Of a DNA stretch of 45,132 nucleotides, positions 26,117 through 35,948 are shown piece by piece (position 1 is the stretch's first letter; the number at the start of each line of letters is the position of its first letter). The position numbers and the translations under genes were made by a program. The stretch is from Oscillibacter sp. ER4 (GTDB taxonomy: Bacteria > Bacillota > Clostridia > Oscillospirales > Oscillospiraceae): positions 1 through 45,132 of the forward strand of contig CAVFND010000001.1 in the NCBI GenBank assembly GCA_963623615.1. Reading direction: 5' to 3'. Below the pieces are notes generated by a model that saw nothing but the letters and a program-made list of their open reading frames with translations, made no database searches and had not been told where the DNA came from.

Positions 26117-27151
26117 TCAAAACGTAACATAGATATTGCCGCTAAGATAACCGGGGCCAACTGTTCCATAGGCGAGTTCGATTGAAATGTCGGATGCGAT
26201 GGTAAAGGTAAGGTCTGCACTGTAATCGCCAGACGTAGATGCGGCCTGAGCTATTTCCCCGTTGAAGAAAATGCCCGTTCCGCTCATTGGATAGCTGTTT
26301 TTTGTGTGACAGTTGATTTGTGCGTCTTCTTCGACTTCGACCGTGGCTGGCCCCGTATACTTAATGCCGTTAATTGTTACATAAGCGTAAGTCTCATTTC
26401 CTGTTCCGGTAATAGCAACTCTCAGCTTTTTTTCGAACGTGATATCGTATCCCGTTCCATCAACTAATGTGCGCCCCTTTTTGATTCTGTAAGTAACCCC
26501 GTTAACAAGCGGAACTCCGGCTTTGACATCATAGGAAACGCTATTGATGAGCGTCTTTTGCTTTGCAATGATCTCCGCTCCTGCTGTAAACGTGCCGCTT
26601 CCCGCGTTGGAATAGAAAACGCTGTTTGCGTCATCCCAAAGGCCGATGACACCGGAAGCATTTTTGCAGGGGATAAAGTCTCTGACGAGGGCGTCGTTGT
26701 CGTAAATCTTGAAGGATTCAAGCCTCAGACGCGCGTGGCTTCCGGCTGCGCCATTTGTGTTGCACGCGAACAGGAGGAACGGGAGCGATGCAAGCAGCGG
26801 TGATGTATAGGAAAACGTATGCGTGGCCCCGCCTATCGTCAATGCCAGTGCGCCGTTGTTTGCCGTCAAGTCATAGTCTGCGACTGTCCCAGCGGTTGGA
26901 ATAGACCCCAAAGCAAAACTGTTCGACAGGCCGCAGTTGGCGTATAGCGCCGCACCATTCGTCCACAGCATAAGCATCCACGCGCTGTTTGTTTGCGCGC
27001 CAAATGGGCTTTGTACTCCTGATGCGTCCTTAAAAGCCAGCCGTCCAACAAGCCTAACTTTTTGTGAGGTTGGCTTGAACCCCGTATCGATGTACTGCGT
27101 CCCCGTGCTCTCGATATACTCAAGCCGCGTATATCCGCTTGGTAAGCTCAT
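26117..27151 (-). CDS. LamG/concanavalin-like receptor-binding protein
   Basis: LPSGYTRLEYIESTGTQYIDTG and LVRDFIPC...GLWD...FY.NAGSGTF motifs. Confidence 0.7.
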   Translation of the reverse strand: MSLPSGYTRLEYIESTGTQYIDTGFKPTSQKVRLVGRLAFKDASGVQSPFGAQTNSAWMLMLWTNGAALYANCGLSNSFALGSIPTAGTVADYDLTANNGALALTIGGATHTFSYTSPLLASLPFLLFACNTNGAAGSHARLRLESFKIYDNDALVRDFIPCKNASGVIGLWDDANSVFYSNAGSGTFTAGAEIIAKQKTLINSVSYDVKAGVPLVNGVTYRIKKGRTLVDGTGYDITFEKKLRVAITGTGNETYAYVTINGIKYTGPATVEVEEDAQINCHTKNSYPMSGTGIFFNGEIAQAASTSGDYSADLTFTIASDISIELAYGTVGPGYLSGNIYVTF

Positions 27152-27163
27152 CGCCGCACCTCC

Positions 27164-29101
27164 TTAACCATAAACCCAATTTATCGAAAAATTCTCCGTC
27201 GGCGTGGTCTCCGTGCTCACAAGCGTCTGCTTGGTGATGTTGCCGGTTGCGATGTAGTCGCTGCCCGCCACCGCCGTGCTGACGCCGCCCGAGCCATTGC
27301 CCTTGAGTACGCCGCTTGCGGTGATCTTCGCCTGTCGCGAGGTATCGGTCGGGTGAACGTGGTCGCCGCGCGCAAATGCCGCCGCGCTGCCCGCACTGCC
27401 CGTACCGTCCATTTTCGGCGTGGACGAGGACGCGGAGGGGATGCTCGTCGTGTCGGGGAGCGCGCCCACCTCAGAGGCCGTGTAGCTCGGCTTTGTCGCC
27501 GCCTTTGCCCACTCAGGCACGGTCGGGTCGGTCTCCTCGTAGCTTTGCAAAGCGCTGTCCGCCTTGCCGAGGCTCGTCTGTACGTCCGACGCGAGGTCTG
27601 ATTTGGACACCGTGCTTTTAAACGCCAGACTGCCGAGGTCGCCGAGCCATTTTGCGATTTTGCCAAACAGCACGGAGAGCTTTTCGCCTGTCGCAATGTT
27701 CGCCCGCGTCGTTGCCGCCGCAAACGCCGCCGTGACGTTGCTGCCGTCTCCGGTCTTGTCCAGCTTGCCACTGATGTCGACCTTCTCCGCCGCTGCCGCC
27801 GCGATCTCGTCGACGTCGCTGTCCGTGAAGTAGTCCGTGCCCTTGACCGGCGTCTTGCCGTCCGCGCCCGCGGGGCCGGTCGGTCCTGTCGCTCCCGTCT
27901 CGCCCTTTTCACCGGCGGGACCCTGCGGGCCTGTCTCACCCTGCGGACCCGTCTCACCCGTATCACCCTTTTCGCCCGTGTCGCCCTTCGGACCCTTGAG
28001 ATTCACGGTCTGCGGATTCGCCTTGCCGCCGTCGTTGCTCCACGACAGGTCGCCGTCGTCGCTCATGCTCGGCGTGAACGTCACGCCGTCCTTACCCGCC
28101 GCACCGTCCGCGCCGGCAGCTCCGGTATCGCCCTTCGCGCCCTGCAGCGGGCCGTTGTTGACGAACTCGCCGGTAATGCCGTCGAAGATATAGATGTCGT
28201 AGGGCTCTGCTGTGCCCACGCCGTAGGCGTCGCCCGCTTCGGCGCTCGCCTTCTGCGCGCTGTCGAGCGCGGCCTTCGTGCCGTAATAGCCCAGCACCTT
28301 GAAGCCGCTGCCGGTCTCGCCCTTGGGCCCCTGCGGGCCTGTCTCGCCGGTCGCACCCTGCGGGCCGGTCTCGCCCTTCTCCCCCTGTTCGCCTTGGGGG
28401 CCGGTTGCGCCGGTATCGCCTTTCAAACCCTGCGGGCCCTGCTCGCCCTGCGGGCCTGTCGCACCCGTCGCGCCGGTCTCACCTTTGGGGCCCTGTGCAC
28501 CCGTCGCGCCCGTGTCCCCCTTGGGGCCAGCCGCACCCGTGTCACCCTTGGGCCCCTGCTCACCAGTGTCACCCTTGGGGCCGACTTCGCCCTGCGGGCC
28601 GGTCGCGGAAACGCCCGTGTCGGCGAACGCGTTGTTTGCCGCGTCCCACTTGAACCAATGTCCCGTCTCACCGTCGACGTAGGGCATCTTGGAAACCGCC
28701 GTATCCACGCCCGCCGCAGCCGTCAGCACCTCGTCCACCCAACTCTGATAGGCTTCCGGCGGCGTCTCGCCGCTGTCTTCCAGCGTTTCGCGCACGCGCG
28801 TCTTATAGATTTGGCTCTTCACGACGGTATCGCCCACGGTGTAGCGCAGCTCTGCCGCGCCCTCACCGGCGACCGCCGTGTCGGCGCTTGAGACCAGCCA
28901 TACGAGCACGCCGTCCTCTTCCGTCAGCGTTACGGGATACGGCTCTGCATCGCCGTTTCGCTGTACGATCAGGCTCGCGGTGCCCTCGCCGTAGCCCTCG
29001 CGCCACTTTTCCAGCACGTCAAAAACGACCTTGCGCGCCTGATTCTCGCCTCTGCGCCCGAGCTTGATCTCTTCGAGCGCGTAGGCATTTTCAATCACCA
29101 T
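27164..29101 (-). CDS. Collagen-like tail fibre with BppU-like N-terminus
   Basis: Long Gly-X-Y tracts; LGRRGEN N-domain; FARGDHVHP fibre motif. Confidence 0.85.
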   Translation of the reverse strand: MVIENAYALEEIKLGRRGENQARKVVFDVLEKWREGYGEGTASLIVQRNGDAEPYPVTLTEEDGVLVWLVSSADTAVAGEGAAELRYTVGDTVVKSQIYKTRVRETLEDSGETPPEAYQSWVDEVLTAAAGVDTAVSKMPYVDGETGHWFKWDAANNAFADTGVSATGPQGEVGPKGDTGEQGPKGDTGAAGPKGDTGATGAQGPKGETGATGATGPQGEQGPQGLKGDTGATGPQGEQGEKGETGPQGATGETGPQGPKGETGSGFKVLGYYGTKAALDSAQKASAEAGDAYGVGTAEPYDIYIFDGITGEFVNNGPLQGAKGDTGAAGADGAAGKDGVTFTPSMSDDGDLSWSNDGGKANPQTVNLKGPKGDTGEKGDTGETGPQGETGPQGPAGEKGETGATGPTGPAGADGKTPVKGTDYFTDSDVDEIAAAAAEKVDISGKLDKTGDGSNVTAAFAAATTRANIATGEKLSVLFGKIAKWLGDLGSLAFKSTVSKSDLASDVQTSLGKADSALQSYEETDPTVPEWAKAATKPSYTASEVGALPDTTSIPSASSSTPKMDGTGSAGSAAAFARGDHVHPTDTSRQAKITASGVLKGNGSGGVSTAVAGSDYIATGNITKQTLVSTETTPTENFSINWVYG

Positions 29102-29120
29102 GTTGTCACCTCTCTTATGG

Positions 29121-29165
29121 AAAACGGCGCAGCAAGAGCGACTGTTCCGTCCCTTGCTGCGCCGT
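29121..29165 (-). terminator. Terminator after the capsid operon
   Basis: ACGGCGCAGCAAG stem followed by a T tract on the minus strand. Confidence 0.7.
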
Positions 29166-29202
29166 GTCGCAACTCATTTTCGTGTCTCGCGGTCGTATTC
29201 AC

Positions 29203-29553
29203 TTATGCGTTATGGGCCTTCGCGCTCTCAACGTAGTCGCTGCTCATCGTCTGAATGAGATTCGCAGTCGAGGCGTCCTGTCTCATCTGGTTCTGGATGG
29301 CCCACAGGAATTTTCTCTTGATCTGCACGGTCACGCCGCGCTGGATCAGGCAGCTTTCGCCGTTCACGCACACCAGCAGGTCATCCTTGTACTTGCCGTT
29401 GTCCTTGAACAGGCGGACGCTGACGTACTCTTCGCCCGCACGGGCGGCATTCGCAGCCGCGGCGGCGTTTTTCGCTTCGCTCATCGGTCTTTCCTCCGTT
29501 TCAGTGTCGGGGGCGGCATTCGCAGCCGCGGCGGCGTTTTTCGCTTCGCTCAT
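29203..29553 (-). CDS. Small head-associated protein with duplicated N-terminus
   Basis: VRLFKDNGKYKDDLLVCVNG core; MSEAKNAAAAANAA occurs twice. Confidence 0.75.
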   Translation of the reverse strand: MSEAKNAAAAANAAPDTETEERPMSEAKNAAAAANAARAGEEYVSVRLFKDNGKYKDDLLVCVNGESCLIQRGVTVQIKRKFLWAIQNQMRQDASTANLIQTMSSDYVESAKAHNA

Positions 29554-29598
29554 CGGTCTTTCCTCCGTTTCAGTGTCGGGGGCGGCATTCGCAGCCGC
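29442..29598. repeat. 69-bp tandem duplication (~2.3 copies)
   Basis: GGGCGGCATTCGCAGCCGC recurs at 29442, 29511 and 29580 with identical intervening sequence. Confidence 0.9.
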
Positions 29599-29610
29599 CC
29601 CCCTTGGTGG

Positions 29611-30870
29611 TTAGGTCAGCGGGGTCTCATCGAACGTAGAGCAGCACTCAACTCTCACCATGTAGGCCTCGACCAGACGCTCGGCGACCTTCGTGGCCTT
29701 CCAGCCGACGGTAGCGCGCTGGTTCAGCGGGTCAGCCGTACCGGCAGAACCGAGCGGCTTGACGATATGCTCAAGACCGCCGCCGGTCAGCTCGGTCGTG
29801 CCGTAAGCCTCCGCGCCCATGATAAGGGTGGAGTAGACGTTGCGGCCCTTCGCGCCAGCCTCGCCGGGGTAGATGGCGGTCGATGCCGTCGGGGAAGTAG
29901 CAGGAGCGTCTTTCAGCGTGATCGTGGCGCTGCCAGCAGCCGCGGCCGTGGCGCTCTCGATCTCAAAGAGCTCGCCGCCGATGACGACCTGACGGCCCGC
30001 CAGCTTTGTAGCGTCGGCAGCCGTAATGACCTCGTTGACGGTCAGGACCTTGCTGCTTGCGCTCTTGACGGTCAGGTCACGTGCGCCCTCGGTCAGGTCA
30101 TCCGCGTGGAACACCTTCGCCTCAGTCGTCTCGATAAAGCGGACGCCCGCGATCTTGCCGATCTCGTCGTCATAGATGTTGCTGGTGTCCTTGTACTCGT
30201 GCGGGCGCTTCCAGTCGGGGTCATCCTGAATGTCGTAGGAGCAGTCAGGGTGAATGATGGCCCAGTAGGAGCCCTCATAGCGCGGGGCGTTCATGGTTTT
30301 CAGGAAGCGGACCGCCTTGCGGACGGCGCGCACCGTGAAATAGTGGTTGCCCGTGGTCTCGCCGCCGACGAGCAGATGACGGCCCGTCACCTGACCCTCG
30401 CCGTACTGGACGTTCGAGCCGCCATTGATGACCTCGCGGGTAATGGTGTCCAGCGTGCGGCCCGCCTGAGAGCCGAGCAGCACCGTCGCTTCCTGCAGGT
30501 TGTTGTCGATGGCGGTCAGGTCGAGGATATCGGAAATCTCGACGAAATCGCCGTACTGGTCGACCTGCGCGGTCAGCGTGGTCATGGACAGCTTGCGGCC
30601 CTTGGGCGTCACGCCTTCGGTGATGGGCGTTAAGGCCTTGGGCAGCGGATCATACTTGCGGAACTCGATCTCCTTGCCCTTGCCCTTGGGGATGTTGCGC
30701 TTCTGCGCAAAGCGGTCATGCACCAGCTCGGGCTCGGCGTTGTCGATCAGGGTGTCGCAGTAGTAGGTCTTCATTTCGCCCGAGAGACCGGCATCGGTCG
30801 TCACGTTCGTCTGACCTTCAAACAGGTTCAGAATGACGGGCAGAATGAAAATGTCTTTGAACTTCTTCAT
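29611..30870 (-). CDS. Major capsid protein (N4-gp56 family) with insertion domain
   Basis: IPKGKGKEIEFRKY, QYGD...SD and GTADPLNQRATVGWK motifs. Confidence 0.9.
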   Translation of the reverse strand: MKKFKDIFILPVILNLFEGQTNVTTDAGLSGEMKTYYCDTLIDNAEPELVHDRFAQKRNIPKGKGKEIEFRKYDPLPKALTPITEGVTPKGRKLSMTTLTAQVDQYGDFVEISDILDLTAIDNNLQEATVLLGSQAGRTLDTITREVINGGSNVQYGEGQVTGRHLLVGGETTGNHYFTVRAVRKAVRFLKTMNAPRYEGSYWAIIHPDCSYDIQDDPDWKRPHEYKDTSNIYDDEIGKIAGVRFIETTEAKVFHADDLTEGARDLTVKSASSKVLTVNEVITAADATKLAGRQVVIGGELFEIESATAAAAGSATITLKDAPATSPTASTAIYPGEAGAKGRNVYSTLIMGAEAYGTTELTGGGLEHIVKPLGSAGTADPLNQRATVGWKATKVAERLVEAYMVRVECCSTFDETPLT

Positions 30871-30913
30871 AGAGTTTTGTCTCCCTTCTTACAGTCGGTA
30901 AATTAGGCGGGCA

Positions 30914-31951
30914 TCAGAATACGATGCGCTCGCCGCGTCTCACGCGCCGCGCGATTTCCTCGCGGTCGGCCTTCGTGAACTTGCTCGGGTCACTCTTGAC
31001 GATGACCCCCGGCTGGGAAGTGGTTCCGTTCTCGTTCGGGCGCATTCCTTTCGCGCGCACGTTGTCTATCACGCGTTTTTCCATCTCCGCCGCAGCCTTC
31101 GCCGCGTTGCGAGCCTGAATGTCGCCTAAATGGGATACCTCGTAAGCGTCCCGCACCGGAACGCCTGCACGCAGCATCGCAATGAAACGCGGATTCTCCG
31201 CGACCTCGCGCTTGAGGTCGAAGTCAGGATAATCGCCCGGGGCATCCTTCGTGCCCACAAGCGCCGCAGCCTGACGGATCCAGTCGTTGTAGGTCTCGTC
31301 GGCGCGCTGCTGGCGCTGCCGGTCTTCTTCCTGACGCTTGAGCGCCTCGTTTTCCTGCTGCATGCGCGCATACTCGCGGTACTGTTCAACGCTCATGCCC
31401 ATGCTTTCCGCTTCCGCGTTGTAGAGCACGCCGTTGAGCGCCGCGTCGCCCTCAAAGGCCGCGCGCAGCTTGCTCATGTCGCCGTCTGCCACGCCGTAAT
31501 GGCGCATCAGTGCGTCAAGAATAGGCTGCGAATCGGCGATCTTCTGATCTTTGGCCTTCTCTTCGCCGAATCTGCGGTTGATGATGCGCTGCGTCTCCGC
31601 GGTGTACACGTCCTTATACTTGCCGTTTACGAGATCAAGGAACTCCTTTTTCAGGTCTTCCCCGCCTTTTTCGCCAGAACCGGCGGCGTTCTGCTGCATC
31701 TTCGCGCCCTCGCCCTTCGGCTCGCCGGAAGAGGTCCCCGTATCGTCAGGTGTCTCCTGCTTGCCGAAAACGACGTTGGCGTATTCGCCCGATTTGCCCT
31801 TCCGGGTGGGAGAAGAGCCTGCCTTCGTGGTATCGCCCTGGGCGCTCGCGCCTCCCTCAGCGCCGCCCGATGCCCCGGCGGCGGCTCCCGCAGCGGCAGC
31901 GCCGCCGTCAAAGAGGCTCAGGATCACGCGAAGCGTGGTTTTGAGGTTCAT
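30914..31951 (-). CDS. Capsid scaffolding protein
   Basis: Directly upstream of the capsid gene; flexible N-terminus plus helical core; AGGAGG RBS before MNLKTT. Confidence 0.75.
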   Translation of the reverse strand: MNLKTTLRVILSLFDGGAAAAGAAAGASGGAEGGASAQGDTTKAGSSPTRKGKSGEYANVVFGKQETPDDTGTSSGEPKGEGAKMQQNAAGSGEKGGEDLKKEFLDLVNGKYKDVYTAETQRIINRRFGEEKAKDQKIADSQPILDALMRHYGVADGDMSKLRAAFEGDAALNGVLYNAEAESMGMSVEQYREYARMQQENEALKRQEEDRQRQQRADETYNDWIRQAAALVGTKDAPGDYPDFDLKREVAENPRFIAMLRAGVPVRDAYEVSHLGDIQARNAAKAAAEMEKRVIDNVRAKGMRPNENGTTSQPGVIVKSDPSKFTKADREEIARRVRRGERIVF

Positions 31952-32113
31952 GGTATCCCTCCTGCATGTCAAATCGCGGAACATTACGCCCTCCGTGTGG
32001 GCGGCGCGCCGGTGTTCTCCGTGCGTCCGCAGCGGTCGGGGCAGCGGGGAAAGATGAAGAAAACCGCCGCCCCCGCTGCGAATGAAAAGGAGAGAAACGC
32101 CCAGCACGCTTAC

Positions 32114-32147
32114 ATCGTACCCTGCGATTCTCTCCATCTCACCACGG
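32114..32147 (-). promoter_or_regulatory. CCGTGGTGA-N19-TACGAT promoter motif upstream of scaffold/capsid
   Basis: Conserved 9-mer and spacing. Confidence 0.65.
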
Positions 32148-32162
32148 ATTTAAAAAAAATTT

Positions 32163-32474
32163 TCAGGCTGTCTCATCCTGTACAGAAATTGCGTCCGGCC
32201 TCGCGCTTTCAAGCTGCTTGAGCCCGATACAGGCCGCGAAAAATGCCGCCTCGATGCGCTCGTCGCCGCCGCAGTGGATGAGGAAGCGCGGCGTGCCCTC
32301 GTCGATCTCGAAGCCGTAGACCTCGCAGTCTCCCTCGGCCTCCATGTTCTTCACGTAGCCGCCGAAGGCGTACATTACGCCCGTGATATAGTTGCAGCAC
32401 TTCTCATCCGCTGAATGCCCCTCGCACAAGATCATGCAGCGCCCGGGCTCGTGCTCGATGTATACCGCCGTCAT
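32163..32474 (-). CDS. Prp-like (ribosomal-processing-type) cysteine protease
   Basis: ~100 aa; GHS...CC His/Cys dyad pattern; GLKQLE..PD.I C-terminus; between portal and scaffold. Confidence 0.65.
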   Translation of the reverse strand: MTAVYIEHEPGRCMILCEGHSADEKCCNYITGVMYAFGGYVKNMEAEGDCEVYGFEIDEGTPRFLIHCGGDERIEAAFFAACIGLKQLESARPDAISVQDETA

Positions 32475-32485
32475 GTGTTAGCTCC

Positions 32486-34483
32486 TCACATCCCGGGCAT
32501 CGCCGCGCTGCTGCCCGTGTCCATGTTCGGCTTCGACTTCTCGGCGAGCTGCTGCATGTACGGCGTCTGCGTGCTCTGCGCGTCGGCGTTCCTGCTCTCA
32601 ATGCCGCCGCTGCTGCCGCTCTTGCGCGTCGAGCCGCCGCTCTGCGCGCCGCCCGTCATGCCAAGCCCCATGTCCTGACCCGTCAGCTGCTGGATGACCG
32701 CGAGTGCCTTTTGCAGCTGCTCGCTCTGCTGCTGTACGACGTTATAGAGCGTCGCGCCCTCGTTGACCTGGTTCTTGATCTTGTCGATGCCCTCAAAGTC
32801 CATCATGTCAAGCGCGATCATGCTCTCCTGCGCCCTGTCGGGGGAGAAGAAGCCTAGCGAATAGAGTTCCTTTGCCCGCTCGTTCTGTTCCGCGCGGGAG
32901 AAGGGGTTCTTCTTCTGCGCCTTGATCTTGATGTCAAAGACCGGCCTGCGGAACAGGTCGTTGCCGAGGCTGTCCACGCCCGTCACCTGATCGCCGAGCT
33001 GATTCACGCCGATCTGCGCGTACTCGTAAGGCATTTCGTTCGTGATGCGGAACGTGCGCGCCGCGTCGTAGAACTGCCGCATGCGCTCGACGCACAGCTT
33101 CACGATCTTCGTCTGCGCGCGGTAGCACGCCGCGATCATGTCGCGGCTCGCCTTATTGCCCGCCTCCTGCAATGCGGAGATCGCCGCCGCAGCCGTCGCG
33201 CCGCTGGACGTGCCGCCGTTGGACACGTCGCGGTTGGAGCTCGTCTCCTTCATCTCGTCGATCTTCATCTGCACGATGTTCGCGTAGATGGAATCGAGCG
33301 GGCGCGTCGTCACCTCGCGCAGCTTCGAATCGTCGATGCTGCCGGACACGTGGATGATCGGCTTCTGCCAATCGAGAAATTCTTCTTCATTGATGTTCAG
33401 GCTCTCACTCGCGAAATACCGACGCTTGCTGCCCATCATCGACGTTTCAAGGATGTTGCCCCACAGCTTGTCAATGTAGAGCTGCGGATCCTTTGCAATG
33501 GCCGTATAGCCAAAGCCCGCGGGCGTTCCCTTCTCGGGGAACAGCACGTCGAACACGAACGGATATTCGCCGTCTTCGTAGAAGCCCGCCTCCGCGCACT
33601 CAGGATCGTTCTCACTGGCGTAGATGATGTGCTCTTCGTCGATGAACTTCGCGTAGTGCAGCACCGTGCGCCCGTCAATGGTCTTCTTGCGGTAATACCA
33701 GTCGATCACGGCGACCTTTCTGCTCGTGTCCACCGTGTCATCGTACTCGTATTTCGCCGTCTCGATGCTGCTGCCGCTGAGTTTGTCCGCAAACTGCGGG
33801 TATTCGTCCTCGATGATATCGCGGTCGACGAGCGCCACCGTGAAGACGTTGCGGCTCTTCTGGATGTCCTCGACACCCGGCTCCCAAAAGATATTCAGCG
33901 GGTCAATGCCCTCGATGGCGATGTCGCCAAGCCCGTTGTCCTTCTCCTTGTCCCAGAACACGCCGTAGATCGCCACGCCGTGCTTGAGCTTTTCCCACCA
34001 CTCGAAGCTGTACGTGCTGTCAAACTCGTTGTACTCCATGATGACCGGTAGCACGGACGAGAGCGTCTTTGCGCTCTCCTCGTCGCTCTGTTCGCGCGGC
34101 AGGCACACGGGCTCAGGATAGTTGTCCATCGCGTCGGCGTGCTTATTCATGATCGAGTTGAACAGCCACGCACTCGCGGGCTCAGGCCCCTTGTCGTCGT
34201 TTCTCGAACCACGGCGAATGTCCTCCCAGTGCCGCAGCTTCCACCAGCGTTCCTCACTGATGATGCGGTTTTCAAAGTTGCTTTTGCCCTGCTTGTACTT
34301 TTGCAGCGTTTCCACGGCGTCGCCGATCTCCTTGCTGCCGATGGCCGCGCCGCTGCTCATCGCTGCATCGCTGTCGCGGAATGCACCCACGAGCGGGGCC
34401 TCCGCCTTTGCGCCCAGCATCGCGGCAGCGCCCGTCGCATCGGCCTGCTGCTGCGTCTGCGGGAATTTTCTCATTCCTGCCAT
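32486..34483 (-). CDS. Portal protein (podoviral type)
   Basis: Follows terL; GEYPFV, TAAAAISALQE and long C-terminal helix. Confidence 0.85.
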   Translation of the reverse strand: MAGMRKFPQTQQQADATGAAAMLGAKAEAPLVGAFRDSDAAMSSGAAIGSKEIGDAVETLQKYKQGKSNFENRIISEERWWKLRHWEDIRRGSRNDDKGPEPASAWLFNSIMNKHADAMDNYPEPVCLPREQSDEESAKTLSSVLPVIMEYNEFDSTYSFEWWEKLKHGVAIYGVFWDKEKDNGLGDIAIEGIDPLNIFWEPGVEDIQKSRNVFTVALVDRDIIEDEYPQFADKLSGSSIETAKYEYDDTVDTSRKVAVIDWYYRKKTIDGRTVLHYAKFIDEEHIIYASENDPECAEAGFYEDGEYPFVFDVLFPEKGTPAGFGYTAIAKDPQLYIDKLWGNILETSMMGSKRRYFASESLNINEEEFLDWQKPIIHVSGSIDDSKLREVTTRPLDSIYANIVQMKIDEMKETSSNRDVSNGGTSSGATAAAAISALQEAGNKASRDMIAACYRAQTKIVKLCVERMRQFYDAARTFRITNEMPYEYAQIGVNQLGDQVTGVDSLGNDLFRRPVFDIKIKAQKKNPFSRAEQNERAKELYSLGFFSPDRAQESMIALDMMDFEGIDKIKNQVNEGATLYNVVQQQSEQLQKALAVIQQLTGQDMGLGMTGGAQSGGSTRKSGSSGGIESRNADAQSTQTPYMQQLAEKSKPNMDTGSSAAMPGM

Positions 34484-34497
34484 GTCTTCCCCTCCTG

Positions 34498-35948
34498 TCA
34501 GTTGTGTTGGAACCACGCATATCTGTCGTAGCTCGGCGTATTGATGTCCAGCGGGTCATAAATGACCAGCTTCGGCGGCTTGTTCTCTCGCGCCGCAATA
34601 GGATTCTCCATGCACACATAGCGCGTCATGTCGTAGATATGATCCTCCTGCTCGGTGTTCACGTCCTCGACGTCCTTTTCGTCGTAGACGAGGTTCGGCA
34701 CCGTGCGGATGAAATTCTTGCACGTGTTGAAGATATACAGCATCGGCACACCGTTTTCGTCGAATGCAAACCGGTTGTGCAGCTGCATCTTGCCGTCGAT
34801 GCGGGCATTGTCACCCTTCTCGAAGTAGACGCGCTCTCGTTCAAAGAGCGATCCGATGCTCTCCGTGCCCTGCGTGCCCCAGATGGCGGGGTCGCCCACG
34901 CGAAAGATGTGCCGCCCCTTGAGATTCGGGTCTTCGGCCTCGATGCGCTTCATCTCGCGCGCCACCGCCGTCGGCTCCATCTTCACGCCCTCGTTCGGCG
35001 TGCCCGTGCAGCCGTAATACTCGCGGATGTGGTAGAGCCTGCGGTCATGGTCGACCGCAAACCAGCCGATGGCAAACGGCCTTGAATAGCCCCAGTCCAT
35101 CGCGCACCAGATCGGCCACTCCTTCGGCACCTGAAACGGCGCAATGACGTGCGTATTGATGCGGTCTCGGTAGTGCTCGCTGTCGTTGCGCCACTCGGTA
35201 AACACCTGACCCGAGAACGTGTCCCAGTCGCCGTAGAGCAGCGCGTTCTTCTCCGCCTCCGGCATCGACGCGAGGCGCGTCAAGTAGCTTTCGTCGTTCT
35301 TGAGCAGGATCTTGTTGTCGAACACCGTGCTCGGGACAAAGATACGGCTCTTCTTCCTGTGTTCCTCGTGCCCGTCCGGAAAGCGCACGACCGCGTCCTC
35401 GCGAATGGTCCGCATCGGTGGCGCTGCCGTGATGAACCGTTCCTTGACCCATCCGTGCCCCACGCCGCCGGGATTCGCCGTGCTGCGGATGTACACCCGT
35501 GTCCCAGGCCCGTTCGGTCGGTTGCGGGAAAAGAGGTAGCTGTATTCCTCCCACGTGAAGTGTGTCAGCTCGTCGAATGCGATAAAGTCATAAGCTTGAC
35601 CCTGATACTTGATCTTGTCCTTTGCGTACTGCATCGAGCCGAAGATGATCTTTGCCCCGCTCGGGAATGTCCACGTGTGGCTGCTGCCGTTGTAGCGCGC
35701 GCCCGGATAGATGCGCGGGTAATAGTTCAGCGTCTTGTCAATGAGCTCGGCAAGCTGCGGGAAGGTTTTTCGCAGAATGATCGCCTTGTAGTACGGAACA
35801 TCCACCTGCCGTAGCGCCTCGATGACCAGCGCATCAGATTTCCCCCCGCCTAACCGGCTGCGCCGCCGTATAGAGCCTCGTCCTCCCAGCGGCTCATAAA
35901 GAGCGCCTGCTTAGGCTGCGGCTTCCATACCACGCTACGCTTCGCCAT
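34498..35948 (-). CDS. terL: Terminase large subunit, interrupted at codon 33 within Walker A (35948-35850 then 35850-34498)
   Basis: QPKQ...YGGAAG | GGGKSD Walker A, FDELTHF Walker B, STANPGG, DWGY and EDHIYD nuclease motifs. Confidence 0.9.

Noticed and set aside
27860..28610. Dense short repeats
   Set aside because: Explained by collagen Gly-X-Y codons
29442..29598. Possible mini CRISPR array
   Set aside because: The intervening sequences are identical, so this is a tandem duplication; no cas genes seen
35850..35852. Genome-wide TAG reassignment explaining the terL stop
   Set aside because: Read-through would stay in the wrong frame (AGGNLMR...), and other genes are not fragmented by TAG
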